Source: Macrostomum lignano (taxonomy: Eukaryota). Taken from it: 64,000 bases of DNA. Each line of letters starts with the position of its first letter. The first letter of the stretch is position 1. Positions 60,404 to 64,000 of the stretch are shown piece by piece. The notes under the pieces were generated by a model that saw only the letters and a program-made list of their open reading frames with translations, searched no databases and was not told the DNA's origin. Position numbers and translations under genes: made by a program. Location: NCBI GenBank assembly GCA_002269645.1, contig NIVC01000013.1, positions 248,001 to 312,000 of the forward strand, read 5' to 3'.

Positions 60404-61286
60404 ATGCTGCCGTTCAAAGACGGCCTCGCACTGTGGCTGAGACTCTGTCTGCTCTGCTGCCTCGCTGCAGTTGCTGCATCGCAGACGCCGCAGACAGCTG
60501 CACCCAGCTGCAAGCCTCTGAGACTCGTCCGCTCGGTCCTGCCCGTCTCGCTCGACCCGACCGTGAGCAGTGACGTCATTACCGAAACCAACGTGGCTTC
60601 GGTGCCCGACTGTCTGCTCAGGTGCCGAATGAGAGCCTGCGCTGTGGCGGTTGTTTCCAATGGCGCCTCCACCTGCCAACTCGTCTTCATCAACGATGCG
60701 TCGCAGTCTCCGGGACCGACGGCGAGTCACGTGACGCGAGTTCTGGGCTCCGAGGCGGGTGACTCCGTGTGGACGGTGGACAACCTCGAGCAGCTGATCC
60801 GGGAGAGGGCCTACAGGCTCGATGTCGTGTTCAAGAGTGAGTAGCAGCTGCCAGTGCAGATATCAGTATCCTTATATTTTGCTGGCATATTCCAAATATA
60901 ATCAATTGGATGCAGCTGGGATCAGAAGGTCTGTTTTCGACGCGTTGTTATAATTACAGACTCGTCCACGGGCAGCAGCGGGTCCGTCCAGCACCTGCAG
61001 ATCGGCCTCACCGGCTGCTACCGCATCGAGGCCGCCGGAGCCAGAGGCGGCGGCAAGCTGTCCAAAGGCACCGTCGGAGGCCACGGAGCCACCGCGGCTG
61101 CCAACTTCAGTCTGACGGCCGGAACCCGACTGGACATCGCAGTTGGACAGGCGGGCAGCAACGAATCGGTGAACGGCGCTGCGCCTGGCGGAGGCGGCGG
61201 CAGCTTCGTGTGGACAAGCGACGGATCGGAGACTCGGCTGCTGCTGGCTGCGGGCGGCGGCGGCGGAGGCGCCACTGGTAGAAACG
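60404..61286 (+). CDS. Secreted protein with a PAN/Apple-like domain and an ALK/LTK-type glycine-rich domain; 3'-partial, exons 60404-60836 and 60960-61286
   Basis: Signal peptide; CLLRCRMRACAVAVV...CQL PAN-like cysteine spacing; exon 2 TGCYRIEAAGARGG...GGHGA...FSLTAGTRLDIAVGQAG...GGGGGSFV...LLAAGGGGG. Phase 1 GT-AG junctions; next exon not found. Confidence 0.8.
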
Positions 61287-61929
61287 GTGAGGAGCTTCCC
61301 GAAATGGTGTTTTTGCCATAGACAAACCCGCTTTCGTCCAGCCGGGATGTCTTCAGTGGGTTAGCGACGTGTGCTTTGCATCTGACAGGTTCTCAAAGCA
61401 GTCGAGGTTTCAGCGATACCACTAAGACGCCACATTTTTGTGTGAATATAATTCTTATAGTGAGTTGACAATAAATGCTCACCCGTGTATAGTACATATG
61501 CTGAGTGAGGCCCAAAGTACCATGTTGTGGTAAAAAGAGAAGCTCACTTCCCGTTAAGTGTAGTTGGAAATTTTGTATTGCTCCTGGTGATACATTTGAA
61601 CGATAAATCTAAGAATTTAAGAAGCATTGCTGTGTAGGACAAACACAACTGAGCAAAATTTAAAACCAGCATTGGCGGAGCGATTGACTTCAGCTAACTT
61701 GCACTGCAAAGGACGCCAGGTTTTCCAACTCTCGTTTTGGCACACTTGGTTTGGGGTGGCGGCTTTCAATGTATAGTTTATCCTACTAGCAATATTCGCC
61801 CCCGTTGGGGGACATCTGTATAGAATCTCTGCTCTCTACAAGTAACAAAAATATAGCCAAATAAAGCATTCACAATCACAAAGAAAACAGACAAAATACT
61901 TAAATGAAGTGCAATGCAAAAAGAAATCA

Positions 61930-62200
61930 TCCCAAGACAGCAAGCATCCCCCAGATAGCAAGCATCCCCCAGATAGCTAGCATCCCCAAGATAGCAAGCA
62001 TCCCCAAGATAGCAAGCTTCCCCAGATAGCAAGCATCCCCCAGATAGCCAGCATCCCCCAGATAGCAAGCATCCCCAAGATAGCAAGCTTCCCCCAGATA
62101 ACAAGCATCCCCCAGATAGCAAGCATCCCCCAGATAGCAAGCATCTTCCAGAGAGCAAGCTCCCCCAGATAGATAGCATCCCCAAATAGCAAGCATCCAC
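61930..62200. repeat. 18/19-bp minisatellite (AGATAGCAAGCATCCCCC)
   Basis: Directly visible. Confidence 0.9.
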
Positions 62201-62294
62201 CAGACAATAAGTAGCTAGTGCGACAATTTCCTTAGCATTATAGTGGCTCCTTTAAAATTCGCTTACTTTTACGTTTGAAATTGTGTATCTTTTA

Positions 62295-63110
62295 TGTTTG
62301 ACATGGTGGCTCTTTATTGTTTGACATGGTGGCTCTTTTATGTTGACATGGTGGCTCTTTTATGTTGACATGGTGGCTCTTTTATGTTTGATACGGTGCT
62401 TTTCAATGTCTGACATGGTGGCTCTTCTATGTTTGACATGGTGGCTCTTTAATGTTAGACAAAGTGGCTCTTTAATGTTTGACATGGTGGCTCTTTTATG
62501 TTTGACATGGTGGCTCTTTAATGTTTGACATGGTGGCTCTTTAATGTTAGACAAAGTGGCTCTTTAATGTTTGATATGATGGCTCTTTTATGTTTGACAT
62601 GGTGGCTCTTTAATGTTTGACATGGTGGCTCTTTAATGTTAGACAAAGTGGCTCTTTAATGTTTTATATGATGGCTCTTTTATGTTTGACATGGTGGCTC
62701 TTAAATGTTTGACATGGTGGCTCTTAAATGTTTGACATGGTGGCTCTTTAATGTTAGACAAAGTGGCTTTTTAATGTTTGACATGGTGGCTCTTTTATGT
62801 TTGACATGGTGGCTCTTTAATGTTTGACATGGTGGCTCTTTAATGTTCGAAATGGTGGCTCTTTTATGTTTGACATGGTCGCTCTTTTATGTTTGACATG
62901 GTGGCTCTTTACTGTTTGAAATGGTGGCTCTTTAATGTTCGAAATGGTGGCTCTTTTATGTTTGACATGGTGGCTCTTTTAGGTTTGACATGATGGCACT
63001 TTTATGTTTTGACATAGTGGCTCTTTAATGTTTGACATGGTAGCTCTTAAATGTTTGACATGGTAGCTCTTAAATGCTTGACATGGTGGCTCTTCTATGT
63101 TTGACATTGC
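62295..63110. repeat. 23-bp minisatellite (TGTTTGACATGGTGGCTCTTTTA)
   Basis: Directly visible. Confidence 0.93.
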
Positions 63111-63737
63111 GCTTCTACCAGGTATTATGTTTAGCAGTTTTGTTGTGTTTTTAAGGTGTTTTGATAAAAAAATCCTTTTGCAGTACTAAGATTCGAACCC
63201 AGGTCGCTACATTAGCATTCCATTCTGTTCGCATCTTGGCTATCTCTTTTCAATTGGAGAACATGAATTGTGGCCCTTATAATTCAATTCTTACTGCAAG
63301 TCAATTGAAGTAAAAAGTTATGACATAATCAATTTCTCAGTCAGCCAGTATCAGTCTCAATTTGAGTTAGCAATATTGGTTACGCAATTTAAATCAAGTC
63401 GTGTGTGCATTTCTTCGGCACTGTTTTCAACTTGTTGTGATGCAATCTTTATCACAATCGGAATTCAGCCAGTCAGCTTTTTCTCTAGCATTCTTACAAT
63501 GCATTTCAAGTCGAAATTTTGCTTGACCTTTGCAAGAAAGCATGTTTTTCGAATATTTAATCCCTTTCACATTGAGCAATTTCTTAGCTAAGATGCATGT
63601 ACCGTCCCAGAAAAATTTCTGATCGAATGGTGCAAGTTTGAAGAAAATCGGTTGAGCCGTTTTTTCTGAAATCAATCGCATACCCATATACATACATACA
63701 TACATACATACAGACAACTCATTTTTAGGATATAGGA

Positions 63738-64000
63738 CTAGCAATCTACGCCCCCCGTTGGGGAGCCAAAGAAATGCAATACACGTTTTTTTAATAAGCT
63801 ACATGTATCCTTGAAATCTTAAAAAATCTCCTGTCAAACCTTGTAAGCCTTGACATGTCAGTTATCCCCCCCACAAGCTTTAACATATCAACTTCCCCCC
63901 TTGACATCTCAGCAATGCCCCCAATAAGCCTTGGAAATCTAAAAATATCTGTCAACCTTCTAACCCTAACCCTAGCCTAACCCTAGCCCTAACCCTAACC
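63738..64000 (-). mobile_element. 3' end of a second Helitron-like element joined head-to-tail to the first
   Basis: CTAGCAATCTACGCCCCCCGTTGGGG repeats the terminus at 61786; the interior differs and runs off the window. Confidence 0.55.
63960..64000. repeat. Telomere-like (CCCTAA)n variant tract at the window edge
   Basis: TAACCCTAACCCTAGCCTAACCCTAGCCCTAACCCTAACC. Confidence 0.7.

Larger units (their letters stand above)
61786..63737 (-). mobile_element. Non-autonomous Helitron-like element (Lep1/DINE-1 style) carrying two internal minisatellites
   Basis: Minus strand starts TC (TCCTATATCC at 63737), has a (TATG)n tract and an AACCGATTTTC-type core near 63645, and ends with hairpin CCCCC-AAC-GGGGG then CTAG followed by T at 61785. 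Confidence 0.65.

Overview
Eukaryotic (animal) genomic DNA: GC-rich exons, GT-AG introns and very many minisatellites. The style suggests a free-living flatworm such as Macrostomum, but that is an inference. Spliced models I could close with frame-consistent GT/AG junctions: a 5'-partial DUF4806-like gene (+), FAM50A/XAP5 (-), calumenin (-), a six-exon C2H2 zinc-finger gene with a 42-bp coding repeat (+), a mitochondrial selenoprotein thioredoxin reductase ending GC-UGA-G with a SECIS candidate (+), a secreted triple-LCCL protein (+), a 74-aa RFamide neuropeptide precursor absent from the ORF track (-), two tandem intronless OATP/SLCO genes (+), an ERR-like nuclear receptor (-) and a 3'-partial PAN plus Gly-rich secreted protein (+). 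Mobile DNA: a gypsy integrase remnant, an inverted pair of Penelope-type hammerhead motifs, a 2.7-kb TIR element with a 9-11 bp TSD, LINE fragments, tRNA-derived SINEs, a near-intact mariner and a head-to-tail Helitron-like pair. Most long ORFs in the track are repeat artefacts. All work was by eye; repeat boundaries are approximate.
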